A stretch of DNA of 64,000 nucleotides from Cenarchaeum sp. GTDB taxonomy: Archaea; Thermoproteota; Nitrososphaeria; Nitrososphaerales; Nitrosopumilaceae. Below the pieces are notes generated by a model. It was not told where the DNA came from. It did not search any database and saw nothing but the letters and a program-made list of their open reading frames with translations. Location of the stretch: the NCBI GenBank assembly GCA_963692915.1, contig OY843584.1, positions 1,440,001 to 1,504,000 of the forward strand. Direction: 5' to 3'. Below are positions 18,199-28,163 of the stretch, piece by piece (position 1 is the stretch's first letter; the number at the start of each line of letters is the position of its first letter). The position numbers and the translations under genes are program-made.

Positions 18199-19937
18199 CG
18201 CGGGCCCTGCCCATCATGCTCCTCGTGGCCCTCGCCCTGGCCGGCGCAATGGCTGCCGAGGCCGACGCGCTAGCGGCGCGCAAGCTCCACTTTACGTCGA
18301 CCTATACGTCATACGCCCTTGACGTTCGCGCACAGGGTGATGAGATGGTCGCCATGGTCCTGCCGCCTAGCGCCGGCACCGTGTATGTGGGCTCGATCAC
18401 GTACACGGCAAGCTCGCCGCTGCGCATCGTCGTTCTCCACGCCCTCGACGGGCCGGCCGCCGGACAGCCGGCATGGGAGATACCGGGCCAGGACACGTAT
18501 GCGGCGTCATACCTGGGAGCCAACGCAACATCGGGATCCTTTGCGTTCGTCGGCACGGCCGTCCTCCTCCACTCCGCAGAGCCAGACGCGTTCGTCGCGA
18601 CTGCGAGCGTGGATGCCTTTGCGCGCGGCGCGCCCGCCGAGATCAGAGTTGAGAGGATCGAGGTCATCGAGGCCGAGCAGCCCGTCGAGCTCGTGCGCGC
18701 CGAGGTTCCAGTCACGCTGCCGCTCCACGAGGGCATCCTCGATGACGAGCGCGTCCTGTACACGATAACTGACTCTAGTGACGAGGATCTCGCCGACGAG
18801 CTGACCGGAAAGCAAGAGTGGCCAGTCTCCTTTGCGCCGCCGCTAGCGGCCCTCCTCGAGCCCACAGAGGGCGCCGGAACCCACGAGCCAAACAGGATTC
18901 ACGTGTTTCGCAACGGCGTAAAGGGCGAGGGGCTTGAGGGGTATCAGGTGGAGGTCTTTGGCGTCGCCCCGGGTGACGGCGCATACACGCCGGCAAGCTC
19001 GCTCGTGTACGTCGAGTGGAAGCGCAACCTAAACCCCGAGATTCTCGTCTCCATTGAGGAGATCGAGCAGGCCGTCACGGACTCGCGCATCTCCCTAGAG
19101 GAGGCCGGCATTGTGCTAAACGTCCCGCAGGTCTCCTGGCCCGGCGGCGCGCTCCCTCTTGAGGCGCCCGGCGAGCCGGATAGCGCCGACGCCGAGATGG
19201 CGCTTGACGACGGCGGCGACGCACAGGACGAAGACGCGGAGTCTCCTGGAGCCGAAGAGTCCGGCGAGGAGGCAAGCGAGGATGACGCAGGCGAAGGCGA
19301 CGCAGGCGCCAAAGAGGACGCCGAGATGGCCGAGGATGAGGGCGATGTGGCCGCAGGCGACGGCGACGCAGGCGATGACGCCAACGGCGCCGGAGAGGCA
19401 GTGGACGAGGAGGACTCGGGCGCCAACGGAGAGCCAGACGCCAAGGCCCTGGACATCGACGTGCCAGAGGCATACCAGGCAAGCGAGGTCAACGTCGAGG
19501 AGATGACGGCCACGTTCATCGCGCGACGCGCGTGGGGGCCTGACGGCCAGACGATATACCACATCATGGCAGGCGCCACGCCGTCCGGACCGGCCCGCGT
19601 GACTGGCACGGCGGACTCGCACGGAATGCAAAACTATACGGCAACGCCGGCTGTTGCGGACCTTTATTATTTCAGGGGCGGCCTCAAGGGTGACGGCGCG
19701 CTAGGCTCGCAGCCAAGCGTCGCTGGCGTGGCGCCGGGAACCGACGAGTACACGCCGCTCTGGCGCGTGCACGTCGTAGAGTGGGCAGACGAGAATGACG
19801 CCGCAATAGTGGAGACACGCGATGACATTGACCACCTTGTCGCAGAAGAGGCCATAACCGTGAGCGCAGCACGGCCGCTCGGGCATGACCTCGTTGTCAA
19901 CGCGCCAGTGATAGACCCGTTCTGGTCAAAAGAGTAG
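18195..19937 (+). CDS. Secreted protein with duplicated YTP..W domains and a long acidic linker
   Basis: Signal peptide; two related domains (G.Q..V...APG...YTP); D/E/G/A-rich insert at ~19150-19460. Confidence 0.75.
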   Translation: MTRALPIMLLVALALAGAMAAEADALAARKLHFTSTYTSYALDVRAQGDEMVAMVLPPSAGTVYVGSITYTASSPLRIVVLHALDGPAAGQPAWEIPGQDTYAASYLGANATSGSFAFVGTAVLLHSAEPDAFVATASVDAFARGAPAEIRVERIEVIEAEQPVELVRAEVPVTLPLHEGILDDERVLYTITDSSDEDLADELTGKQEWPVSFAPPLAALLEPTEGAGTHEPNRIHVFRNGVKGEGLEGYQVEVFGVAPGDGAYTPASSLVYVEWKRNLNPEILVSIEEIEQAVTDSRISLEEAGIVLNVPQVSWPGGALPLEAPGEPDSADAEMALDDGGDAQDEDAESPGAEESGEEASEDDAGEGDAGAKEDAEMAEDEGDVAAGDGDAGDDANGAGEAVDEEDSGANGEPDAKALDIDVPEAYQASEVNVEEMTATFIARRAWGPDGQTIYHIMAGATPSGPARVTGTADSHGMQNYTATPAVADLYYFRGGLKGDGALGSQPSVAGVAPGTDEYTPLWRVHVVEWADENDAAIVETRDDIDHLVAEEAITVSAARPLGHDLVVNAPVIDPFWSKE

Positions 19938-20010
19938 GCGCGTCTTGCACACTGGATGATTGTAAAAAAAAGCAGGGGTGTGCGGCAAGCCACACACCCC
20001 CAGTTTGGAT

Positions 20011-20823
20011 TTAAGGAACGTGTGCAGAGTATGCTCTGTAATAGATCTCCTCTGCTCGCTTCTCGAGGGGCTGCATCTGCTCCTCAAAGTCGTCCCGTTG
20101 TTCGTCAGTCAGTTCTGGCATGCCTAGTCCGGCCGCGTCCATGATCGCCTCGTTCTGCCTGTCAAGCTCGTCTAGCTTGTCATAGAGCGCGTCGATCTGT
20201 GCGTATATGGCGTCGTAGCGGTGCTCTAGCGGCGCAAGCCTCGCGCCAAGCGTGAACTCTTGGACTACGGTGGGAGCCTGATCGTCAATTCCAAACGATC
20301 TGGCTATGTCCTCGGCTTCTGCGCCTATCTTCTTAAGCTCGGCTGCATCCTCTGCGCTCATGCCCGCATTAGAGTCGCCATAAACCTGGCTCATCCTCTC
20401 CTGCTCGGTATCCATGTGCTCGGCGATTGCGCTAATCTGCGCTTCGCTGAGCTGTGGGGGTGCTGCGTCGAACTCGGCAAGAAGTGCGTCATACCTGGCG
20501 TTGAGCACGTCGACATCCTCGGCGTCTGCGTCGCCGTTGGATGCGGCGACGTAACCCGCAAAGATTGGCTCTGCGCGCTCGAGTAGCCTGCTGGCCTCTT
20601 CCTCAGTCAGGCTCGGGACGCTGACCCCGATGCCTTCGAGGACCGCCTCGCGCTCTGACTCGATTGCCTCGATCTCGGCGAACAACCTGGCCTCCTCGGC
20701 CCCGTCGCCCATGTGGTTCCAGCCGCCCATTGCCCATGCGGGCAGGCCGGTGGCGCCTACGGCGACGAGTCCGGCGACTGCCAGGACTGCCACAACTGCT
20801 GCATTTCTGCGTGTGTGATTCAT
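20011..20823 (-). CDS. Exported acidic helical-repeat protein with LTxxQ-like motifs
   Basis: TRRNAAVVAVLAV signal; repeats PSLTEEE, PQLSEAQ, PELTDEQ. Confidence 0.7.
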   Translation of the reverse strand: MNHTRRNAAVVAVLAVAGLVAVGATGLPAWAMGGWNHMGDGAEEARLFAEIEAIESEREAVLEGIGVSVPSLTEEEASRLLERAEPIFAGYVAASNGDADAEDVDVLNARYDALLAEFDAAPPQLSEAQISAIAEHMDTEQERMSQVYGDSNAGMSAEDAAELKKIGAEAEDIARSFGIDDQAPTVVQEFTLGARLAPLEHRYDAIYAQIDALYDKLDELDRQNEAIMDAAGLGMPELTDEQRDDFEEQMQPLEKRAEEIYYRAYSAHVP

Positions 20824-21123
20824 TGTGTATAGTATAGGAGTACTAGTATATCAATGTGCCCTGCCGCTTGCGGCATGGCTGTGCTGGGCCGTTTGGGGGC
20901 TCTGGGCGCTCTGGCGAGGCTGGACGGCCCACCCAAGTCACAAATTTGGCACGGCCTCCGGCCTTCATCGCCAACACTGCCGCTCTTCCACACACCTATA
21001 GATATTAAAAACAAAACAAGCTGGATTTTTGTCATGGCACCTATTACAACGTCCGGCATTATCATCAACACGCCAATCGTGATTGAAAGCATAAGCAGCA
21101 CGAGCGTTCATGCGCCAGTCTAT

Positions 21124-21753
21124 TCATTCTACTTTGAAAAATCTTGCCTTTTGCAGCTCATCACAGATTTTTTCTATTTGCGATTTTGGAAATTTGTATT
21201 TGATGCGCCCTGCATGACCAATTAGATCTTTGACCGGCACGGAGTCATTCTTGTGCAAGTACACAAGTGTGCTTGCAACCTCCAACCAACCTACATCATT
21301 GTGTTGTTTTGCAAATTCTAAAAATTGCTCCTTTTCAATCCAATCTTTTAAGCCGCCATCTGGAGTGTCTTTTATATCTTGAATCCTGTAATAGTCATTT
21401 GCGAGTTCGGGCGAATATGGTCCATATATGTAGAGTGTATGCAAATAGCGAAATTCCAGACCAAAACATCGCTGTGCGAAATACGTGAACTTTTGTATTT
21501 TTATTCGTGTCTCTAGCTTGGATTTTCGTGGGTTGGTTCCACAGTCAATTAGATTGTTAGAATAGAGCAATTTCAAGAATGGCCCTATTCTGATGTCTGC
21601 CTTTCTAGCTAGATACTCGTCATAGAGACCTTGATACGACTTGTCAATGGCCGTCGGCCTTGTGGCAGTGTCTGGGCTACGGTGTTTCGCGGTTATGTCC
21701 TTCGACGTGAGGTGTAGCGCTGTGCGCACCCGCATACCTATATGCTCGCCCAT
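21124..21753 (-). CDS. YwgA / SocA(Panacea)-like winged-helix protein in an AT-rich insert
   Basis: RIKIQKFTYFAQ...FRY...YIYGPYSPELANDYY and WLEVASTLVYL motifs; clearly lower GC than the flanks. Confidence 0.65.
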   Translation of the reverse strand: MGEHIGMRVRTALHLTSKDITAKHRSPDTATRPTAIDKSYQGLYDEYLARKADIRIGPFLKLLYSNNLIDCGTNPRKSKLETRIKIQKFTYFAQRCFGLEFRYLHTLYIYGPYSPELANDYYRIQDIKDTPDGGLKDWIEKEQFLEFAKQHNDVGWLEVASTLVYLHKNDSVPVKDLIGHAGRIKYKFPKSQIEKICDELQKARFFKVE

Positions 21754-21853
21754 CACAAAGCAAGTCAAAGTCCTATCATAATTTAAGTATTTAATTGAAC
21801 TTCAGATTTTCATGCATAGTTGTGCACAGTCTGAACAGAACTTGTGTTCTTAG

Positions 21854-22078
21854 CTACAGCACCCGATCATCTTGCGTGCTGTACCACGAACTCGGTCCTG
21901 GGACTTTGATGCCAAAAGCCCTAGAGCCCAAGCTGTCCAAACGATGCCATTGAGAACTTGATGAGCGCCACAGCATAATCTCACTTACACACACCTGTCT
22001 AGCACAGGGCTCGCCACATTCGAGACTGCGCGTAGTAAATGAATCGGGGTCGTACCACTTGACTATGGCGCGAATCAT
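21854..22078 (-). CDS. Possible 74-aa orphan protein
   Basis: ATG start with an AT-rich TATA-like tract ~26 nt upstream (22104-22116); no recognisable motif. Confidence 0.3.
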   Translation of the reverse strand: MIRAIVKWYDPDSFTTRSLECGEPCARQVCVSEIMLWRSSSSQWHRLDSLGSRAFGIKVPGPSSWYSTQDDRVL

Positions 22079-22323
22079 TGATCTTACGACTAGATTTCTT
22101 CAAATAATTTATTAAGTACACTGCACGATGCCTGATTCATGGTGTAGCCGGTCTGATGGCTATCCTAGGGCGGCGGGCGCGGCTGTAGAGCTGTACCGCC
22201 GTTCCGCACCCAAAACGACAAGATTGTGCAGCCTGCTCCCAGACCTTTTGTGGGGGCGGGTCAATGATCGCGCGTTGGACGCCGGGAACCGGTTATAAGC
22301 GGCGACGCAGGGCCGCCCACGCG

Positions 22324-23112
22324 TTGGCAGGCACGCTATACATCGTCGGCGTCGGACCGGGTCACCACGATCACATGACCTTTGGCGCAAGGCGCGCAAT
22401 CGAGCAGAGCGACACGATTGTGGGGTACGAGACGTACGTCAACCTCGTCGCGGACCTCATCGACGGCAAGGACGTCTACCGCTATGCGATGACACAAGAG
22501 GTCGAGCGCGCGCGCCAGTGCATAGAGCTTGCCAGGTCGGGCAGGACAGTCTCACTAGTCTCAAGCGGTGACCCTGGAATCTACGGCATGGCGGGCCTCA
22601 TATACGAGACGCTAGTCGAACAGGGCTGGAAGTCCGGTGACGACCCACACGTCGAGATACTCCCCGGAGTCTCGGCCCTCAACTCTTGTGCGTCGATCGT
22701 CGGCTCGCCGCTAATGACTGACTTTGCCGTGATAAGCATGAGCGACCTCCTCGTCCCGTGGGAGATAATACTAAAGCGCGCCGAGGCCGCCGCACGTGGG
22801 GACTTTGTGATCGTTATCTACAACCCGTCAAGCAAAAAGCGCATACACCAGCTGCGTGACACGCGCGAGCTCCTCCTCAAATATAGATCCGCAGACACGC
22901 CAGTCGCAATAGTAAAGGGCGCATACCGCGAAAGCGAGTCCGTCGTCCTCACGGATCTCGGATCCATGGAACGCCACGCAGACAAGCTCGGCATGATAAG
23001 CACGGTCATCGTGGGCAACTCCTCGACGTACCGCCACGGCGACCTGATGATCAACCCGCGCGGATACCGCTCAAAGTACTCGCTAAACCCCGACGCGCCG
23101 GCTAGCCCATGA
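22324..23112 (+). CDS. cbiH: Precorrin-3B C17-methyltransferase
   Basis: LYIVGVGPG, VSSGDPGIYGMAG, SDLLVPWE, YNPSS, NPRGY. TTG start after a TTATAA box. Confidence 0.95.
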   Translation: MAGTLYIVGVGPGHHDHMTFGARRAIEQSDTIVGYETYVNLVADLIDGKDVYRYAMTQEVERARQCIELARSGRTVSLVSSGDPGIYGMAGLIYETLVEQGWKSGDDPHVEILPGVSALNSCASIVGSPLMTDFAVISMSDLLVPWEIILKRAEAAARGDFVIVIYNPSSKKRIHQLRDTRELLLKYRSADTPVAIVKGAYRESESVVLTDLGSMERHADKLGMISTVIVGNSSTYRHGDLMINPRGYRSKYSLNPDAPASP

Positions 23113-24142
23113 TGATCGAGCGCGTCTCGTCATCCACCTTTAGCGCATCGCGAATCGGAGAGACGATCCTGACTATGGCCTCGGCAACGCCGGCCTTTAG
23201 GTCAGACGGGTGGAGCGCTCCGGACGCATAGTCGTCCTCGAGCTCGCCATACGTCGCATACGAGACATTGCCGCCAAACTTTTCGGCGCGCTCCACCTGC
23301 AGGCTTGCGCCGTCGCGAAGCACGATGTGGCGCGCAATGGCCAGCGGCGCATTGCCCTCAGTCACGCGCGCCTCGCACCACGCGCGCTTTAGCTTTGAGC
23401 GTATCGTCTCATCAGGGTCATGCATAAAGATGCCCGAGTCCGGTGCGGACTTTGACATCTTGGCTGCGGCCCCGCCGCCGCCAGCCGAGCCGCCCGGACC
23501 GCCAAGTCCTGGCAGGAGCGCCTGGTGGACAGAGACGGGAACCTTCCAGCCGAGGCGCGGAAAGGCCTCGCGCACGAGCATGTGTATCTTGCGCTGGTCC
23601 ATTCCGGCGTGCGCGATGTCGATGTCAAGGGAGTGGATGTCAACTGCCTGCATGGGGGGATAGAGGAGCTTTGCGAGGTCGACGCTGTCTGACTCTGCCC
23701 TGCCCATTATCGTGAGCGTTCTCATCGCGCGCGGCAGGCTCACGTGCCTTGAGAGGCGCGCGACGTCATGCCAATAGCCATCAGTCCTGGAATAGAGCTC
23801 GCTCCCCGTGACTATCTCGGCGTTCGGGCAGACCAGCGCAAACGCGTCAGCATAATAGCGAGACACGCGCGATATCGACTCAATGTCGCCGTCGAGCTTG
23901 TCATTTAGCAACGTGTGCCAGTCGGCAAGAAAGACGGTGCAGTGGCATCCGGCTGCCGCAAAGTCGTTTATCTTGTATCCCGTGCTCAGGAGGCTGCCGA
24001 GGTGGAGGAATCCGGAGACCTCGAGGCCGATATAGTGGCGCGGCGAGTCGTTGGTCTCTAGGAGCGCCTCGAGCTCGGCGTGCGTGACTGTCTCCTCGGT
24101 CGGCGCGCGCTCGATGAGCGCGAGCCTCTCCTGCACGTCCAT
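23102..24142 (-). CDS. tyrS: Tyrosine--tRNA ligase
   Basis: YIGLEVSGFLHLG, YPPMQAVD, GMDQRKIHML, KMSKS, LHPSDLK. Confidence 0.95.
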   Translation of the reverse strand: MDVQERLALIERAPTEETVTHAELEALLETNDSPRHYIGLEVSGFLHLGSLLSTGYKINDFAAAGCHCTVFLADWHTLLNDKLDGDIESISRVSRYYADAFALVCPNAEIVTGSELYSRTDGYWHDVARLSRHVSLPRAMRTLTIMGRAESDSVDLAKLLYPPMQAVDIHSLDIDIAHAGMDQRKIHMLVREAFPRLGWKVPVSVHQALLPGLGGPGGSAGGGGAAAKMSKSAPDSGIFMHDPDETIRSKLKRAWCEARVTEGNAPLAIARHIVLRDGASLQVERAEKFGGNVSYATYGELEDDYASGALHPSDLKAGVAEAIVRIVSPIRDALKVDDETRSIIMG

Positions 24143-24175
24143 GCGCAACGCGCACAAGGGCGTGCGCCTATAAGC

Positions 24176-24742
24176 CTACCCCGTGGCGGGCTTGCGCGGC
24201 CGCGTGCTCAGGTACAGCGCATGGGCCGAGACGATAAACGCCGCGAGAAACGACTTTGTCGCAAATATCAGGTTCCACGGCCTGCCGGGATCCGGATACG
24301 CGACATATAGCGAGTCAATGTCCGGAACCGTGCCGTTGATTACACCGGCGGCTATCTTTGCGTTGAGGACCGTGAATGACCAGAGCGTCTCATACAGGCA
24401 GATTGCCGCAAAGCCGACTAGCATGAGCTGCAGGAGCGCCATTCTGCGCCCGCCTATCTTGCCGGACACGGTTCGCCTCCACCCAATCCTCGTCACGCAG
24501 TACCACCCGATAATCGAGGAGAAGAAGAGCCATGTTGAGAGCTTGGCAAAGTTCTCAAAGGGAACCTCCGTTGAGACGAGGACCTCGCCGAGCACATAGT
24601 AGCCGGTTCGCGCCCACTCGTCGTACATTGCGGCCATCCCGTATATGGCGATCGAGCCCATCATGGCCATGCAGATGTAAAAGATGACAAGGTATACGGC
24701 ATATCCGGGATCCCCGCGCTCAAGGTGCTCGCCGGCTGACAT
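24176..24742 (-). CDS. Membrane protein (about 4 TM segments)
   Basis: Hydrophobic segments; PWNLIFATK motif. Confidence 0.75.
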   Translation of the reverse strand: MSAGEHLERGDPGYAVYLVIFYICMAMMGSIAIYGMAAMYDEWARTGYYVLGEVLVSTEVPFENFAKLSTWLFFSSIIGWYCVTRIGWRRTVSGKIGGRRMALLQLMLVGFAAICLYETLWSFTVLNAKIAAGVINGTVPDIDSLYVAYPDPGRPWNLIFATKSFLAAFIVSAHALYLSTRPRKPATG

Positions 24743-24779
24743 CGCGCGTTGCGCCGGTGGCATGGGTATAAAGCGGCTT

Positions 24780-25136
24780 CTAGTAGCCGTCCTTTTGGCG
24801 CCTGACGTTTATGCCGTGCTTTCGCTCATACTCATCGAGGACATCCTGCGGCGTCATGCCGAGCTCGATGGCGGCCTGGACCACAAAGTGCCACACGTCT
24901 ATGAGCTCCTCGCGCGCGGCAGCCTCGTCAAACTCACCGCGGGCCTTCCACCACTTCCAGCTCGTCGTGCGCTGGAGCTCGACGGCCTCGTGTATCATTG
25001 CTATGCACAGCGCAGATATGCGCTCCTCGCGCCCCTTTGGGTAGCGCGTCGCGTCCATCATGCCGGCGAGCTCGCGCTGTATGCGAAATATGCGCCCAAG
25101 TGAGTCCTCGCGGCTAGAATCCGGTGATTCGCCCAT
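24780..25136 (-). CDS. All-alpha (dimeric) dUTPase / MazG-like NTP pyrophosphatase
   Basis: EAVEL...WKWWK...EELIDVWHF...K..IN..RQ..GY. Confidence 0.85.
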   Translation of the reverse strand: MGESPDSSREDSLGRIFRIQRELAGMMDATRYPKGREERISALCIAMIHEAVELQRTTSWKWWKARGEFDEAAAREELIDVWHFVVQAAIELGMTPQDVLDEYERKHGINVRRQKDGY

Positions 25137-26007
25137 ACTCCCTCATCCTTGACTCTATCCTGGCCCGCGATGTGGCCGAGAGCGCGCGCACGCCATGGGC
25201 CTCCACGGTGATCGATCCCACGACGTTGCCGTACGCCACAGCGCGCCTCATCGCCGTTATGCCCGTCCTCCCGCCGTCCTCGAGATATCCCATGACCGCA
25301 CCGGCAAACGAGTCGCCGGCACCGGTGGGATCCACAAGCTTGCGCGTCGGGAATGCCGGATACGGATAGACATCGCCGCCGTGGTAGAGGAGCGCGCCGT
25401 GCTCGTCCTTTTTGATAATGACAAATGTCGCGCCCCACGAGGCGATCTTTTTTGCGCAGCGCACGAGATCATGCTCGTGCGTGAGGAGTCGGGCCTCCTC
25501 GGCGTTGATGACAGTCGCATCAGTCTCACGGATCATGCGCACGACGGCGCGCTTTTTTGTGCGTATCCAGAGGTCTATCGTGTCACACATTGAAAAGCGA
25601 GGCCGCTCAAAGTCGCCTAGCACGCCGACGTTTTGCACAGGATTGTTGGTCGCAAGGTAGACGTAGCGGCTGCGCCTGTACGCCTCTGGCACCCTCACGC
25701 GCCTGCCGGCGCTCACGCCGAGATCAACCTTTAGCGTCTTGCGCGACTCGAGGTGGCGGCCATACCTCGCATCAAACCGGAACGTCCTGCCCTCGCGCAG
25801 CTCAATGCCGGCGAGGTCAACGCGCCGGCCAAGCTCGCGCGTATAGCGGGCCGGAAAGTCGCTCCCAGTCGTCCCAACAAGGCCCGTCTTGGCAAAGTGG
25901 CTTGCCGCAAGCGCGGCATATGCGGCCGAGCCTCCAAGTATGTCAGTGTTCACCCTCCCGTGGGTTCTTATCGTGTCAAGCGAGACGGATCCAAACACCG
26001 CTAGCAT
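25114..26007 (-). CDS. PfkB-family carbohydrate/nucleoside kinase
   Basis: GGSAAY, NAEEA, VDPTGAGDSFAG. Confidence 0.92.
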   Translation of the reverse strand: MLAVFGSVSLDTIRTHGRVNTDILGGSAAYAALAASHFAKTGLVGTTGSDFPARYTRELGRRVDLAGIELREGRTFRFDARYGRHLESRKTLKVDLGVSAGRRVRVPEAYRRSRYVYLATNNPVQNVGVLGDFERPRFSMCDTIDLWIRTKKRAVVRMIRETDATVINAEEARLLTHEHDLVRCAKKIASWGATFVIIKKDEHGALLYHGGDVYPYPAFPTRKLVDPTGAGDSFAGAVMGYLEDGGRTGITAMRRAVAYGNVVGSITVEAHGVRALSATSRARIESRMREYGRITGF

Positions 26008-26021
26008 GGTAGGCCGACGCG

Positions 26022-26462
26022 CTATGCCCCGTGTATAAACCCGCCCACAGTGTCATACTCGAAGGGTATCGATATGGACGCAAAGAGCACGTCATATGCC
26101 GTCACGCCCACGATCCTCACGCTAGAGCTCCCCTGCGAGGCGCCTGCCTCGACGAGGTACTCGCCGCCGACTGTGGCGCTTCCCATGGCCGGCATGACAA
26201 AGGGCTCTATCGTGCCGCTTCCGATGTCACGCCCGCCCTCGACTACGACAAAGTCGGTCTTGCCGACTGCGATCGGGAGGATTGTGGGGTTCTCGACGGC
26301 GACGGTCAGCGCATACGTCGAGCCGGCCTCGCCGCTCTCGACGAGCTCGCTGCCGGCCACGCTCACAGATATGCCCGTGGCCGCAACGTACTGCCAGCCC
26401 CCAAACGCGCCTAGCGTGATTATGGCCATAATGGCCACCCTTCTGCGACTTGGCCGCTCCAT
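26022..26462 (-). CDS. Membrane-anchored LEA_2-like protein
   Basis: N-terminal TM segment, VENPT motif, beta-rich. Confidence 0.6.
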   Translation of the reverse strand: MERPSRRRVAIMAIITLGAFGGWQYVAATGISVSVAGSELVESGEAGSTYALTVAVENPTILPIAVGKTDFVVVEGGRDIGSGTIEPFVMPAMGSATVGGEYLVEAGASQGSSSVRIVGVTAYDVLFASISIPFEYDTVGGFIHGA

Positions 26463-26574
26463 GCCCAATGGTTCCTTTTTGCCTTTTTAACTGCGGTGTG
26501 CATAAAATTTGATCTCAACTCGGATCTCATTAGAGCCGCCGACCTTAAATCAACTCGGGGATGGTGCGTGGGGC

Positions 26575-27036
26575 ATGGCAAAGCTAAAGGTCAGGGCCGG
26601 CGAGTCTGAAGTCGAGATAGACTCGCGCGACTTTTACGTTGACAATGACACCGTAGCCGAGGTTATCGACCTCGTCAGGACGCACCTGCCCGAGGCCGAC
26701 CGCGGCGAGGGCGCCACCACCGACGCGCTTGACTCCCTCGAGGAGGCCGAGGTCTCCGAGCCCGAGCTGCCCGACGGTGAGCCGGCCACTGCCACCGAGC
26801 CTGTCGCCCTTGCGCGCCGCGAGGACATTCGGAGAAACATCTCGGCACTCCAGGAGACAGAGTTCTTTGAGGAGCCGCGCACGGCATCAGATACCGTCGA
26901 GCGCCTGCGTGAGCGCGGGTGGGGCGCAAGCCTCCTTGACGTCTCAAAAGAGCTCGCAAGAATGTCTGCTGAGCGACTAATCCGCGTCAACTCGCGCGAC
27001 AGGCGCAACTATTACTCTGTCGCCCTGGCGCGCTAG
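26575..27036 (+). CDS. Hypothetical protein with C-terminal winged-helix-like domain
   Basis: FFEEPRT...L..RGW...VSKEL.R; TATA-like CTTAAAT ~25 nt upstream. Confidence 0.7.
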   Translation: MAKLKVRAGESEVEIDSRDFYVDNDTVAEVIDLVRTHLPEADRGEGATTDALDSLEEAEVSEPELPDGEPATATEPVALARREDIRRNISALQETEFFEEPRTASDTVERLRERGWGASLLDVSKELARMSAERLIRVNSRDRRNYYSVALAR

Positions 27037-27218
27037 GCAGAATGCCCGCACGCCTTGCACGACTCGAACACGTCGCCCTCTAGATGGTCAAAGTGCGCCC
27101 CACAGTCTGCGCACGTGTGGTGCATGTCGCGATCGCCGTCCGCATGAACCTCGCCGAGCTCGCGCGCATCAAGGCTCGTCGAGCCGCACCTTATGCAGTG
27201 GCACCCGCACGAGGCCAC
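27033..27218 (-). CDS. Small zinc-finger protein
   Basis: CIRC...HHTCADC..HFDHLEG...CKAC. Confidence 0.7.
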   Translation of the reverse strand: MASCGCHCIRCGSTSLDARELGEVHADGDRDMHHTCADCGAHFDHLEGDVFESCKACGHSA

Positions 27219-28163
27219 CTAGCGCACCCTTTGGCGCCGGCGCGCCCAGACTGCGATCGCGACGCCTAGCCCGGCAGCACCGGCCACAATGGCCGCAACG
27301 CCGGCCGTAATGTCAGGCGCCGCGTCTGCGCCCATGCCGCCACCTGCCGCATCGCCACCAAATATGTTGAGCGTTCCAGACGACGCGCCGCGAATCTGCA
27401 GCCAAGAGTGGGTCATGTTCTCGATTCCGACGCTTGCCACAAGCCTGCGCTCGTTCCCATACGCCTCATAGGGGCCGTCCATGAGCGACTTTGGGATCGC
27501 AACGTCGACATAGACCACGTCATCAGCATCAAGCTCCATGCTTATCGCGTTGGCATTGGCGTCAAAGCCGGCGTCGGCGATTCCCGCAACTGTCCGGACC
27601 TCGATGCGCTCGCCGTCATCGTCGTCTGGCGGCGTGTACGAGTAGATGCGCTCGTCTCCGCCATACTCTATCTCCGCATAGCACCCGTGACACAGAAACC
27701 TCCCGTTATCAAAGTCGACTGCGGCCCCGTTGATGTACGCGCGCGCAACTCCCTGCGGCATCACAAAGAGCGTCTCGGTCGGATACGAGTACTTCCATGA
27801 CGTGTACGTCCCGTCCATGGACAGTGCGCCCACAAGGTCATACTCGACTATGGTGTTTGAGGCAGGGTCAAATATCGTCACGCCAAACCCGCCGTCATGC
27901 GTCGATATCGCGTGATCGACCTCGTTTCCGGCCCCGTCAGTCATCCGTATGTTCTCATGCGCGCCCTCGACGCTGACTAGGGTCACCGGCCCATCGTTGC
28001 GCCTCACCTCGTGGAGGACATGGGCCGAGCCGCCCTCGCCGATCGTCACCTCTAGCCTCTCGTGGATCGCATCCTCGCCAACTATAAGCTGCGCTAGTGC
28101 GGCAGGCGTAATTGCGCAGAGCGCAACTAGCGCGACGGCGGCGCTAGTCTGCCACGCGCACAC
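27219..28163 (-). CDS. Secreted protein with C-terminal membrane anchor
   Basis: Signal peptide, CHGC, C-terminal TM segment followed by RRR. Confidence 0.75.
   Translation of the reverse strand: MCAWQTSAAVALVALCAITPAALAQLIVGEDAIHERLEVTIGEGGSAHVLHEVRRNDGPVTLVSVEGAHENIRMTDGAGNEVDHAISTHDGGFGVTIFDPASNTIVEYDLVGALSMDGTYTSWKYSYPTETLFVMPQGVARAYINGAAVDFDNGRFLCHGCYAEIEYGGDERIYSYTPPDDDDGERIEVRTVAGIADAGFDANANAISMELDADDVVYVDVAIPKSLMDGPYEAYGNERRLVASVGIENMTHSWLQIRGASSGTLNIFGGDAAGGGMGADAAPDITAGVAAIVAGAAGLGVAIAVWARRRQRVR

Noticed and set aside
20820-21101. 93-aa membrane protein ORF
   Set aside because: Only the first half looks protein-like and the start context is weak. Mentioned only within the islet finding.
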